Shown: piece by piece, positions 48,095 through 57,399 of the stretch
Position numbering within the stretch: position 1 is the stretch's first letter
Layout: the number at the start of each line of letters is the position of its first letter
From: Patescibacteria group bacterium
GTDB lineage: Bacteria > Patescibacteriota > Minisyncoccia > UBA6257 > 2-01-FULL-56-20
Length of the DNA stretch: 64,000 nucleotides
Assembly: GCA_024654525.1 (NCBI GenBank)
Contig: JANLHI010000002.1
Location: forward strand, 16,496 to 80,495
Direction of reading: 5' to 3'
Position numbers and translations under genes: made by a program
Notes under the pieces: generated by a model
What the model was told of the DNA's origin: nothing
Seen by the model: only the letters and a program-made list of their open reading frames with translations
The model's database searches: none

Positions 48095-48664
48095 ATGCTT
48101 GCCTATACCGATCTCAAAAAAGGAGCATTGTTTGTTATGGATGGAGCGCCCTATGAGGTGCTTGATTCTCATTTTCTGCGTATGCAACAGCGAAAAGCCG
48201 TGGTACAAACAAAAATTAAAAATCTTGTTACGGGAAAAATTGTTGATCGAAATTTTCAGCCGAGTGATAGTTTCGAAGAGGCGGAAGTCGAGAAGAAGTC
48301 TGCAGTGTTTATTTATATGAATCGCGGAGAGTTTTGGTTTCATGAAGAGGGTAATCCAAAAAATCGCTTTATATTAAAAGAGGACGTCCTTGGGGAAAGC
48401 GGAAAATTTTTGAAGCCAAATACTTCAGTGGAGACGGTGCTTTTCGAGGAAAAGGTAATTGGAGTAAAACTTCCGGTAAAAGCCGATTTTAAGGTTGTCG
48501 AAGCGCCACCTGGGGTAAAGGGAAATACGGCGCAAGGCGGTACAAAAGTCGCCACGCTGGAGGGCGGCGCGAAGATTGCGGTACCACTTTTCGTAAATGA
48601 AGGGGATGTGGTGCGTGTGAACACGGAGACCGGAGAGTATGTTGAGCGCGTTGAAAAAAATTAG
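48095..48664 (+). CDS. efp: Elongation factor P
   Basis: The protein is 189 aa with the KOW-like N-terminus; GAPYEVLDSHF...KIKNLVTGK precedes the conserved lysine loop. Confidence 0.9.
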   Translation: MLAYTDLKKGALFVMDGAPYEVLDSHFLRMQQRKAVVQTKIKNLVTGKIVDRNFQPSDSFEEAEVEKKSAVFIYMNRGEFWFHEEGNPKNRFILKEDVLGESGKFLKPNTSVETVLFEEKVIGVKLPVKADFKVVEAPPGVKGNTAQGGTKVATLEGGAKIAVPLFVNEGDVVRVNTETGEYVERVEKN

Positions 48665-48751
48665 AGCGTGATTAGGGAAATCGGGACATTTTTATTTTTT
48701 TGAAAACATTCTGCAGAACGCGAGAAGGTTATCGCAGTGCGATTACATAGC

Positions 48752-50062
48752 ATGAAGCAAGGAACGGCAGTTAAGAAAAAAAGTGTATTCGTAGCAATGT
48801 CCCGCCGTCGCCAACCTGCGCTTCGCGTGCCGCCAGGATATCCTTTGGCGACGCACGGCTGGAGGTTTCGGCAAGGCGAGGGCTATGGCGGGCAAGCCGG
48901 AGGAGCTAAAGATTCAAAATCGAAGCGTGTATTTGTTGCAATGTCTGGTGGTGTTGATTCGAGTGTCGCGGCGTTGCTTCTTAAGCGGCAGGGGTATGAC
49001 GTGACCGGCGTATTTATGCGTTGTTACAACCTCGATGGATGTGCCGTACGTGATGCGGAAGACGCACGGCGTGTGGCAGGGCGTTTGCATATTCCTTTTT
49101 ATGTGTGGGATTTTGAAAAGGAATACAAAAAGCATGTAATGCATTACATGATAGACGGTTACCGTCGCGGTATTACTCCGAATCCGGATGTAATGTGCAA
49201 TAAAGAGATTAAATTCGGGTTATTTTTCGAAAGAGCTATGGCGTTGGGTGCGGATTATGTCGCAACAGGACATTACGTGAAAATTCGGAAATCAAAAATA
49301 AAAGATAAGAATGTGTATAAGCTTTACCGTGCGAAAGATAACCGCAAAGACCAATCGTATTTTCTTTGGACGCTGACTCAGAGACAGCTTGCACATTGCC
49401 TTTTCCCCATAGGGGAGTATCTCAAATCCGAAGTCAGAACGGTTGCGCGTCGTGCGGGGCTTGCAACTGCCACAAAAAAAGATTCACAGGGGATTTGTTT
49501 TCTTGGAAAATTTTCACTGAAGGATTTTCTCAAAAAACACATTCGCGCACGACGAGGGAAAATCGTGAATATATCGGGCGTAGAGATGGGAATACACGAT
49601 GGAGCGGTTTTTTATACGATAGGACAACGACACGGATTTAATCTCAATAACGTAAATCGTGAACTGGGAATTGCGAATCAAGGCGAAACAAAACCCTATT
49701 ATGTTGCGGGAAAAGATATAAAGAATAATCTGATTATTTTGGCGGAAGGGGGGAACAATCAGTCGCTTTATAAAAAAGAAGTGTCGCTTGCCGAAGTTAA
49801 TTATATTCATCCAATTTCTGATTCTCGATTTCCCATTTCCGTACGCGCGCGAGTTCGGTATCGTCAGCCACTTGCAGAAGCGCGGATTATACGCGGTAAA
49901 ACAAAAAATAAACAAAAGGGCGAGAAAATACCTTTGCCCCCCCATTTTTCTTTGCGCTTCACTCAACCTCAAAAGTGTATTGCGGAGGGACAGTCGGCAG
50001 TATGGTATTCGCCACGAGGAGAAATGCTAGGAGGTGGGATAATCGTTTCAGCAGGGAAGTAG
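48752..50062 (+). CDS. mnmA: tRNA-specific 2-thiouridylase MnmA, with a roughly 45-aa in-frame GC-rich insertion at the N-terminus
   Basis: PP-loop VFVAMSGGVDSSVAA. The insert separates a duplicated KxVFVAMS segment from the true PP-loop. Confidence 0.85.
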   Translation: MKQGTAVKKKSVFVAMSRRRQPALRVPPGYPLATHGWRFRQGEGYGGQAGGAKDSKSKRVFVAMSGGVDSSVAALLLKRQGYDVTGVFMRCYNLDGCAVRDAEDARRVAGRLHIPFYVWDFEKEYKKHVMHYMIDGYRRGITPNPDVMCNKEIKFGLFFERAMALGADYVATGHYVKIRKSKIKDKNVYKLYRAKDNRKDQSYFLWTLTQRQLAHCLFPIGEYLKSEVRTVARRAGLATATKKDSQGICFLGKFSLKDFLKKHIRARRGKIVNISGVEMGIHDGAVFYTIGQRHGFNLNNVNRELGIANQGETKPYYVAGKDIKNNLIILAEGGNNQSLYKKEVSLAEVNYIHPISDSRFPISVRARVRYRQPLAEARIIRGKTKNKQKGEKIPLPPHFSLRFTQPQKCIAEGQSAVWYSPRGEMLGGGIIVSAGK

Positions 50063-50086
50063 CCCTCAAAAGATGTTTTACTTTTT

Positions 50087-50926
50087 GTGAATCCACACGA
50101 TTTGACGTTTCCGTATATCGGAGGCATAATAGACCCCTATATGGCAGAAGAAATAAACAATACAGGGTATCCACAACCTGCAGCGGTGGAACTCGATGAT
50201 GCAACCCGCGAAATGATAGAAGCGGGTGTCTTTTACGGAAAAAGGAAAAGTAAGACGCATCCGCGAATGAAGGCGTCGATTCTTGCAAACAGAGGAGGAG
50301 TGGAGATTTTTAATCTTACAAAGACATCGGACGAGCTTGCTCGTGCATTAAAGTTTTTGAAAGAACGGGTTGTAAAGGGAGAATTGGTTCTCTTCGTGGG
50401 TACACAACCTGCGGCACAAGATTCCATTCGAACTCTTGCGGACTCATTCCAAATGCCTTTTGTGGTAAATCGATGGGTTGGTGGAGCGCTCACCAACTTT
50501 AAAGTGGTATCCAAGCGTGTGGAATATATGAAGAAGATAAGAGCCGGACTTTCCTCTCATGCATTCGACAAATATACGAAGAAAGAAAGACTTGGTATTG
50601 AGCGCGAGCTTGAACGCTTGAACGAATTGATGGGGGGATTCGAAAACATGCCCCACGTTCCTGCGGTTCTTATGGCAATCGATCCGTTGGTGCATATGAC
50701 CGCGATTCGCGAAGCTCGTACGTTAAATATTCCCATCATTGCGTTTGCGGATACGGATGCCGATCCAAATCTTCTTACATATGCAGTGCCGGGAAATACA
50801 AAATCAAAAAAGAGTATTGATTGGTTTTTGAGTAAAGTGAAAGACGCTTTCGAAGAAGGCCGTCGTGAGGTACAATCAGTACCAAAGGTGGAATCTTCGG
50901 ATTTGGAACCCGCGAGCGAAGAATAA
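50087..50926 (+). CDS. rpsB: 30S ribosomal protein S2
   Basis: REMIEAGVFYGKRKSKTHPRM and NRWVGGALTNF match S2. The N-terminal start is uncertain; the ATG at 50144 is an alternative. Confidence 0.85.
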   Translation: MNPHDLTFPYIGGIIDPYMAEEINNTGYPQPAAVELDDATREMIEAGVFYGKRKSKTHPRMKASILANRGGVEIFNLTKTSDELARALKFLKERVVKGELVLFVGTQPAAQDSIRTLADSFQMPFVVNRWVGGALTNFKVVSKRVEYMKKIRAGLSSHAFDKYTKKERLGIERELERLNELMGGFENMPHVPAVLMAIDPLVHMTAIREARTLNIPIIAFADTDADPNLLTYAVPGNTKSKKSIDWFLSKVKDAFEEGRREVQSVPKVESSDLEPASEE

Positions 50927-50990
50927 CGCGACGCTTCTTGGTTTGTATAATAAGTGTTCCGAACTTGTTATAATTAATAATATTATTTAT

Positions 50991-51437
50991 ATGAGCTCTG
51001 TTGATGCGGTTCAAAAATTAAGAGAAGCAACGGGTGCAGGTGTGATGGAGTGCCATCGTGCGATTAAAGATGCGAACGGTGATTTTGATAAAGCGGTTGC
51101 GATTATCGGTGAAAGGGGACTCTCTAAAGTGGAAAAACGTTCGGGAAGAGAAACGGGTGCGGGATTGGTGCATTCATATGTGCATAATGAGCGTATTGGC
51201 GTATTACTCGACATTCGCGCGGAGACCGATTTTGTGGTGCGTTCCGAGCCGTTCCGTGCGCTTGCACACGATCTTGCCATGCAACTTGCCGCAGTGGGGG
51301 CGAAAGATGTTGACGAGTTTTTGGGACAGCCATACATCAAAGACGAGAAGAAGACGATAAAAGAGGTGATAGGAGAGGTAATCGCAAAAGTAGGGGAGAA
51401 TGTTCAAATAAAGCAGTTTTATCGTATCGAGGTTTAA
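50991..51437 (+). CDS. tsf: Elongation factor Ts, short form
   Basis: VQKLREATGAGVMECHRAIKDANGDFDKAV matches the EF-Ts N-terminal UBA-like signature. About 148 aa. Confidence 0.8.
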   Translation: MSSVDAVQKLREATGAGVMECHRAIKDANGDFDKAVAIIGERGLSKVEKRSGRETGAGLVHSYVHNERIGVLLDIRAETDFVVRSEPFRALAHDLAMQLAAVGAKDVDEFLGQPYIKDEKKTIKEVIGEVIAKVGENVQIKQFYRIEV

Positions 51438-51443
51438 CGCGCC

Positions 51444-51845
51444 ATGTTCGAATTTATTTTGGGAAATATAGCAATGGTTTCGGCGGGAGTGGTGTTATAC
51501 CTTTTTGCGCATTCATTGCCCCGTATTGGCGAGCCGGAAGCCCAATCCAAAGATATTTTCGAACGATGGGCAACTTCCGAGTTCCCCGAAAAGCTTGATG
51601 GCGCATTTAACGGATTTGCGGGAAAGTTTTTAAGAAAACTCCGTGTAGTGATTTTAAGGTTTGATAATATTATCTCCGAATCGCTCAGGCGGTTCAAACA
51701 GAATAATGGGAATGGAAAATCGCTCGGTGTGTTCGAAAAATTCAACACCGAAATCGAACAGAAAAGAAATGTTGACTTTAAAGAGACGATAGAGGATAAA
51801 GAAGGGGGTAGTGACGGTAAAAGCAAAAAAAAGAAGCACCTATGA
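51444..51845 (+). CDS. Hypothetical protein with an N-terminal TM helix
   Basis: The ORF follows tsf directly. No motifs. Confidence 0.35.
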   Translation: MFEFILGNIAMVSAGVVLYLFAHSLPRIGEPEAQSKDIFERWATSEFPEKLDGAFNGFAGKFLRKLRVVILRFDNIISESLRRFKQNNGNGKSLGVFEKFNTEIEQKRNVDFKETIEDKEGGSDGKSKKKKHL

Positions 51846-51919
51846 ACATATTTACGTATACAACCCCGCTCCGCTGATCGGCGGTAAGCGGGACTTCATA
51901 GAGGTTGCTCTTTATTGAA

Positions 51920-52006
51920 GCTGGGATGGCGGAGCGGTCAATCGCACCTGACTGTAAATCAGGCGCCTCTACGGCTACGCAGGTTCGAATCCTGCTCCCA
52001 GCACCA
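51920..52006 (+). tRNA. tRNA-Tyr (anticodon GUA), type II with a long variable arm
   Basis: Acceptor GCTGGGA/TCCCAGC. Anticodon stem CCTGA/TCAGG with loop CTGTAAA. T-arm GCAGGTTCGAATCCTGC. CCA is encoded. Confidence 0.85.
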
Positions 52007-52009
52007 CGT

Positions 52010-52657
52010 ATGAAAATAAAAGCCGTTGTTTTAGATTTTGATGGAACAATTACCACCGCAGATATTCTGAATATGCTGTGTGATTTAGTTGGTAAAAAAG
52101 AGGAAAGTGAAAAACTAGATACGTTATTTCGAGAAGGTAAAGTAAAAGGTTTGGAAACCCTAGTGCAACGCATTAATTTTTTGAAAGGATTATCTCTTGA
52201 ACAAATCCGTGCAGTGGTTTCAAAAAACGATTACTTGCAAAAAGGGGCTTTAGAATTCTTCACTTTTTTGAGAGAAAATAATATTGTTTCGATTATTGCT
52301 TCGGGTAATATTATGCCTTTGTTGGAAATATATAAAGAAAAACTGGGTGCTGATTATTTAGTTGGCAGTAAACCAATCATTGAAAATGGCGGTATCGTAT
52401 CAATTTCGGAAAAAGAATATTCGGGAGATGGTTTTAAAGTAAGAGATATAAAGTCAATACTGGAGGAATTGGATATTTCTCCTGAGTATGTAGTTGCGAT
52501 AGGAGATTCCCCCGCTGACAGGGGTATGTTTGAATTATCTGCAAAAAGTATTGCTATAAATCCCAAAGGAAACATCGCTCAATGTGCTGATTACGTTATA
52601 GAAAATGATCTTTCAAAAGCCATACCAATATTGAAAGATTTGATGAATTTTTTATGA
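52010..52657 (+). CDS. HAD-family hydrolase (phosphoserine-phosphatase-like)
   Basis: AVVLDFDGTIT is HAD motif I. The C-terminal GDSPAD is motif IV-like. The track ORF start at 51905 (TTG) overlaps the tRNA and was rejected. Confidence 0.7.
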   Translation: MKIKAVVLDFDGTITTADILNMLCDLVGKKEESEKLDTLFREGKVKGLETLVQRINFLKGLSLEQIRAVVSKNDYLQKGALEFFTFLRENNIVSIIASGNIMPLLEIYKEKLGADYLVGSKPIIENGGIVSISEKEYSGDGFKVRDIKSILEELDISPEYVVAIGDSPADRGMFELSAKSIAINPKGNIAQCADYVIENDLSKAIPILKDLMNFL

Positions 52658-53298
52658 TCAAAGCTATTATTTTTGACTTAGATGGATTGCTGATTGATTC
52701 CCAGCATTTGCAATATCAATCAGCCAGTAAGGCTTTTTTAGAGAAAGGAAATATCCTCACAAAAGAAGATTGGCATCATTTTATTCATGGGGATATGGAT
52801 TATAAAAAATGGATAGAATTAAACCACATATTAACAACAGCAGAAGAAGTTCGTGCGAGAAAAAAGGAAATTTATGACCGATTAATTAAAACCGAACTCC
52901 AATTGAAAGCGGGAGCCGATAATTTAGTTCATTTATTGCATGGTAAATTCAAGCTCGCTGTTGCTTCACATTCTAGAATAGAATCCATAGAACCTTGTAT
53001 TAATAAATTTGATTTAAGGTATAAATTTGAACATGTAATTTCAGATCAAGCGGTGGGTAAAAGAAAGCCTCATCCAGAGGTTTTTTTACATGTTGCAAGG
53101 ATAATGAACATAGAACCTGAAGCGTGTCTTGTATTTGAAGATTCTTTAATGGGTGTGAAGGCGGCGAAATCGGCAGGAATGAAATGTATAGTTTGCCCCG
53201 ATAGTTTTAGCAATCTTGACCACAAATTGTTTGCGGGAGCTGACAAAATAGTTTCGTCGCTAAATGATGTTGATTTGGAAATGATTAACGAATTTTAA
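52654..53298 (+). CDS. HAD-IA hydrolase (beta-phosphoglucomutase-like)
   Basis: IIFDLDGLLIDS is motif I. ...FEDSLMGVKAAKSAGMKCI carries motif III/IV. Confidence 0.75.
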   Translation: MIKAIIFDLDGLLIDSQHLQYQSASKAFLEKGNILTKEDWHHFIHGDMDYKKWIELNHILTTAEEVRARKKEIYDRLIKTELQLKAGADNLVHLLHGKFKLAVASHSRIESIEPCINKFDLRYKFEHVISDQAVGKRKPHPEVFLHVARIMNIEPEACLVFEDSLMGVKAAKSAGMKCIVCPDSFSNLDHKLFAGADKIVSSLNDVDLEMINEF

Positions 53299-53670
53299 CT
53301 GATATACTCGCAAAGCCTCGCTTTTTCCCGCAGACAAATTCCTTTGGGCATTAAACCATTTGTTTCATTTTTGCCCCGCCCGCCAAGGCAAATGGCGGGC
53401 AGGTCGGACGCCATGCAAACTAAGAAGTTTGCGTGGCGTTCCTCGCGAGCCGAAATAATAAAGCCCAGGCAATAGTGTCTGGGCTTCCTCTTTAATTCGT
53501 TGAAAGTTTTTTATGTGGGGACTCACAACCCCTTGAAAAGAACAAAACGAAAAGAATGGATTGGTGGAGGAGAGTTGCTATGCTCTCCTCCACCCGACCG
53601 AACCTCACAAGAAGTTTAGTCGTCTCCATTGCCTTTCGGCGTGCCGGATTTACGCAAACCCGACGAAAAC

Positions 53671-54327
53671 TTAGGCGAGTGCCGTAATGGTAGCTCGCGT
53701 TCGGACTGTGTCCGGGTTGAGCGGTTCGCCGTCTCTTGCCAAAGCGTAAATGGCGAATGCCGCCGTGTGCTCGGATGTGCTTTCATGCGTGTGTTTGCCA
53801 GAACGGATGCGTTTGGCAAGCACACGCAACACCCAGTCCATCACATCGTAAGTGTGAAACTCCGACGTGAAATTGTCGGCGTTCCATGTACTGATACTCT
53901 CGTAGCCGTTCCCTTCGATGGTTTTACCATTGAGTGTCCACCCAAACCGGGTGGAACTTCTTTCTGGGATAATCACGGCGGTTCTGCCTCCGTTCCATTT
54001 CAGATTTGGGATTGGGTCATTTAGCACCTCCCGTGCCTCCGCGGGGGACATATCCCGTTGTAAGCCGTCTGTCTCACAGACGGTAGGGATTGCTCCCATT
54101 TCCCGAAACCCGATGGTTCCCGGTATTGGCAGATACCGGTCAAACTTTCCGTCCAACCACTTCTGCGCCTTCTCCTCGGCGTCTTTGGCGAAACGCTCTC
54201 CCTGCCCACAGGCGAGACCAGGATAAAGCCTGTAGTTTTCTGCCTCCTTGAGGCATGCTTCAGCTCTTTCTTGTCGGAATTCTTCTTTATTCATAGCAAT
54301 GGAGTCTGCGCTGTTGCGGTAGCGCAT
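53671..54327 (-). CDS. Hypothetical protein, GC-rich orphan
   Basis: 218-aa ORF with markedly higher GC than its surroundings. No recognisable motif. Confidence 0.4.
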   Translation of the reverse strand: MRYRNSADSIAMNKEEFRQERAEACLKEAENYRLYPGLACGQGERFAKDAEEKAQKWLDGKFDRYLPIPGTIGFREMGAIPTVCETDGLQRDMSPAEAREVLNDPIPNLKWNGGRTAVIIPERSSTRFGWTLNGKTIEGNGYESISTWNADNFTSEFHTYDVMDWVLRVLAKRIRSGKHTHESTSEHTAAFAIYALARDGEPLNPDTVRTRATITALA

Positions 54328-54413
54328 TCCGTCTTCGGTTTTTTGAAAAAGACCAAAGATTAAACTTTACTACGCTCGCACGAGAATAGCTCATTGAAGA
54401 ATTCTCAATCTGC

Positions 54414-54452
54414 CAAGGTTTAACCTTTTTTCAGATTCAAGGTTAAACCTTT
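54414..54452. repeat. AAGGTTTAACCTT / AAGGTTAAACCTT inverted-repeat hairpin
   Basis: 13-bp arms with an 11-nt loop. The same core appears in the rplS terminator at 4461-4505. Confidence 0.6.
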
Positions 54453-54662
54453 GAATTCCCCAAGGAGCTACCCTCATACTTTCAACAGCTCCATTCGTGA
54501 TGTAAAAGAACTACATAAAAATCCTGCTAGTATATTAGCATATTATACGATATTTGTCAATGTTTCGTAATGGTTTAATAGCTCGGAATACTCCACGCTA
54601 TGTACATGGCATAATCGGCACGATAGGAATCTTTGCCGTCTTGAAAGATATCTATATTTTCC

Positions 54663-54893
54663 TTACTTTTTTGATGTACAGAAGCGGCGTATATTTTCGC
54701 TTACATAGGAATCGCTCGTACAGTATTTCGCGCGGAGTTCGCGGTTTATTTCGTCGGCTTGAGCTTGTTTGATTGCGGCGGCCTGCTGAATAGGAACAAC
54801 AAAAACGTAGTACCACGCGACAAATAAGGCAAGCATAAAAAGTATAATCACCAGCGCAACCCCCACCACCTTTCTTATTGAAATAGGTTCCAT
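54663..54893 (-). CDS. Small hypothetical membrane-anchored protein
   Basis: MEPISIRKVVGVALVIILFMLALFVAWYYVF is followed by a helical tail. It is divergent from recO. Confidence 0.3.
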   Translation of the reverse strand: MEPISIRKVVGVALVIILFMLALFVAWYYVFVVPIQQAAAIKQAQADEINRELRAKYCTSDSYVSENIRRFCTSKK

Positions 54894-54939
54894 TTCCTTT
54901 CTTGTAACTATAGCAAACTTTCCCCGCGAAGGGTAAAAT

Positions 54940-55443
54940 ATGCACATGGAGGAATATGCAAGCGAGGCAGTGGTACTCCGTCGAGAACCACAGGGAGAGG
55001 CCGACAGTCGCATTTCTTTTTTTACAAAGAAATACGGAAAACTTGTCGCAAAAGCACGAAGTGCCAGAAAAATTACCTCAAAGCTTTCAGCGCATCTTGA
55101 ACCGGGAATGGTATCCGAAATACGCCTTGTCGAAAAAAACGGCATGCTCATTGTGGATGCATTAAAGCGCAAAAAACTTTCGCTTGCTCCCGCAACATTG
55201 TATTTTCTCGATCGCATACTTGCAGAGGCGGATCCCGATATGGATTTGTGGCAGATGCTTCAAAGCGATAGTTTTTCATGGCACAGTGTTCTGGGGCTTC
55301 TTGGATGGGATCCTAAGAGTGCGGTATGCGGTTCGTGCGCGGCGCTTCCTTCTTCATTTCACATAGGAAGACAGGATTTTCTTTGTGTGTCGTGTTCGCG
55401 ATATGAACCACAGAAAAATTTAATTGTATTAAACAAGGTATAA
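54940..55443 (+). CDS. recO: DNA repair protein RecO, short form
   Basis: An N-terminal OB-fold (EAVVLRREPQGEADSRISFFTKKYGKLVAKARSARK) and a C-terminal CxxC...CxxC zinc finger. Only 167 aa. Confidence 0.65.
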   Translation: MHMEEYASEAVVLRREPQGEADSRISFFTKKYGKLVAKARSARKITSKLSAHLEPGMVSEIRLVEKNGMLIVDALKRKKLSLAPATLYFLDRILAEADPDMDLWQMLQSDSFSWHSVLGLLGWDPKSAVCGSCAALPSSFHIGRQDFLCVSCSRYEPQKNLIVLNKV

Positions 55444-55453
55444 TAATCTTATT

Positions 55454-57244
55454 ATGACGACTACAACTCCGTGGGAGGAGGATAGCAATACTCTTGCAGT
55501 TTCGGAACCACCTCGCCACTCAAAAGTCTTAAAGGTGGTCGTTGTCACGATTTTTCTTATGATTGCGGGAGGAGGAATATATGCATATTTTCTTTCGCAA
55601 CGTCCGACGGGTGTCAATGTGTCCGTCGAATTTGTGACGCCACCACAAACGCTTTTAGGGGAATCCTTTCCCTTGATACTTTCCGCAGCAAATCACTCGG
55701 ATAGCGTATTGCATGATGCAAAGCTTTCGATATTACTCCCCGAGGACGTTTATTTTGTGGGAGAATACAGCGGAGAACGTATTCATGACGAGGTATTGGG
55801 TACAATCGGCCCGGGGAGCGTAACACAACGTGTAGTGAATATAGTGATATTGGGGCAAGCCCAATCAATACGACTCATTGAGGGGAAACTTGCATATAAA
55901 ACATCTGATGACGGAAGAGTGCAGTTTGAACAGGGAGCGCGGGCAAATGTGCAAGTGAGCGATCCTGCGTTGCAACTTTCATTTGAAACTCCAAAACAAG
56001 TGGTAAACGGGGAAACATTTACTACCAAAATCCATTACAAGAACGAAAGTAAGCAGGAGTTCAATAACGTAAAGCTCGTGTTTCGTTCACCTTCCATCTT
56101 TTCTTTCCAGCGTGCTACGCTTGAAGTTTCTGCACGTACGAATGACGTTTGGAATCTCGGCACCTTAAAGGGCGGGAGTGAAGGGGATTTGGAAATTGAC
56201 GGGAAAATAGTAAGTCTGGAAGGTTCATTTTTCACACTATCCGCGGAAATGAGCGCTGATTTTCTCGGCAAGTCGCGCGAACTCGCGGTGCAAACGGTAT
56301 CACTGGGCATTGCCACTTCACCGCTTTCAATATCAATAGTGGCGAATGATGCTTCGGATTATATTGCGAAGATAGGAAGTAGTTTTTCCTACAGGATGAC
56401 TGTCCGTAACAATTCGGATATCGTATTCCGAGGATTGAAAATAAGTGCGCATCTCATCGGAAATCTTTTCAATTACGGTTCGGTGCGTTCAACGGGGTCA
56501 TTCAACTCTCTTGCAAATACGTTAACGTGGATTACCGCGAATCAGGGAGACCTGGAAAATATTGCTCCGGGAGAAACTCGTGCGGTCAATTTCACTATAT
56601 TACTCAAAGACTCGTTTCCGATAAAAAGCGCGACCGATAAAAATTATGAAGTGAGAGTCGAAGCGCATGTTGAGTCTCCGACGGTACCTCCCGATACTGC
56701 AGCCGACAAAACGATTGCAGTAACCGATGTCACTACAAAAGTTGCGGGGGCGGTAGTGCTTCGCGCTTTGGCGCTTTGGCGCGATGCCGCATGGGGAATT
56801 CTCAATGATGGGCCATATCCTCCTCGTGTAAATCAACCTACTCAATACAGTATTCATTGGAGAATCGCCAATTACGCAACCGATATAGGAGCGGTGCATG
56901 TGGAGGCATTTCTTCAGTCAGGTGCTCGGTTTGTGGGGAATGCAAAAAGCAATGTTGCGACGGTACCGCAGTACGATGTATCAACGGGACTTGTGACATG
57001 GGACATTCCTTCAATTGCCGCAACAAAGGGAGTTGCAAGCGTTCCGGTTGAGGGAGTGTTTCAAATAGAGGCAACTCCGGCAACTACTCATATCGGGCAA
57101 AGCATGGTGCTTATGAAGGATTCTTCGTTAAAGGCAAAAGACTTGTTTACGGGCATTGAGCTTCAAAGCGATGCGGGAGCGGTAGACAGCAATATTCCGG
57201 AAGATGCGACTGTTACCGTAGTTGAGAGAAGAGTGGTGCCGTAA
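55454..57244 (+). CDS. Large membrane-anchored surface protein with repeated beta-sandwich (DUF11/CARDB-like) modules
   Basis: An N-terminal TM anchor is followed by about four Ser/Thr/Val-rich modules of roughly 120 aa each. Confidence 0.45.
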   Translation: MTTTTPWEEDSNTLAVSEPPRHSKVLKVVVVTIFLMIAGGGIYAYFLSQRPTGVNVSVEFVTPPQTLLGESFPLILSAANHSDSVLHDAKLSILLPEDVYFVGEYSGERIHDEVLGTIGPGSVTQRVVNIVILGQAQSIRLIEGKLAYKTSDDGRVQFEQGARANVQVSDPALQLSFETPKQVVNGETFTTKIHYKNESKQEFNNVKLVFRSPSIFSFQRATLEVSARTNDVWNLGTLKGGSEGDLEIDGKIVSLEGSFFTLSAEMSADFLGKSRELAVQTVSLGIATSPLSISIVANDASDYIAKIGSSFSYRMTVRNNSDIVFRGLKISAHLIGNLFNYGSVRSTGSFNSLANTLTWITANQGDLENIAPGETRAVNFTILLKDSFPIKSATDKNYEVRVEAHVESPTVPPDTAADKTIAVTDVTTKVAGAVVLRALALWRDAAWGILNDGPYPPRVNQPTQYSIHWRIANYATDIGAVHVEAFLQSGARFVGNAKSNVATVPQYDVSTGLVTWDIPSIAATKGVASVPVEGVFQIEATPATTHIGQSMVLMKDSSLKAKDLFTGIELQSDAGAVDSNIPEDATVTVVERRVVP

Positions 57245-57399
57245 CGTGCCATAAAATCGTGGCGAGGGACACCTTTTATGATTGGTAATGGGAGGTGCAA
57301 GGGGCGTGGGTTGAGAATGTGACATGGAGCATGTAGTATGTAACCCATACGGGGGATAGCGTGTCTTTTGTCGTTTTCCCCATTTTTACCTTTTTCTCT

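Noticed and set aside
51905-52009. N-terminal part of the track ORF 51905-52657 (TTG start)
   Set aside because: It overlaps tRNA-Tyr. The real HAD gene starts at the ATG at 52010 (MKIKAVVLDFDGT).
54554-55217. Overlapping ORFs 54554-54772 (+), 54652-54945 (-) and the long 54663-55217 (-)
   Set aside because: They are mutually exclusive and partly antisense to recO. Only the short TM-containing C-terminal portion (54663-54893) was kept, as a low-confidence gene.
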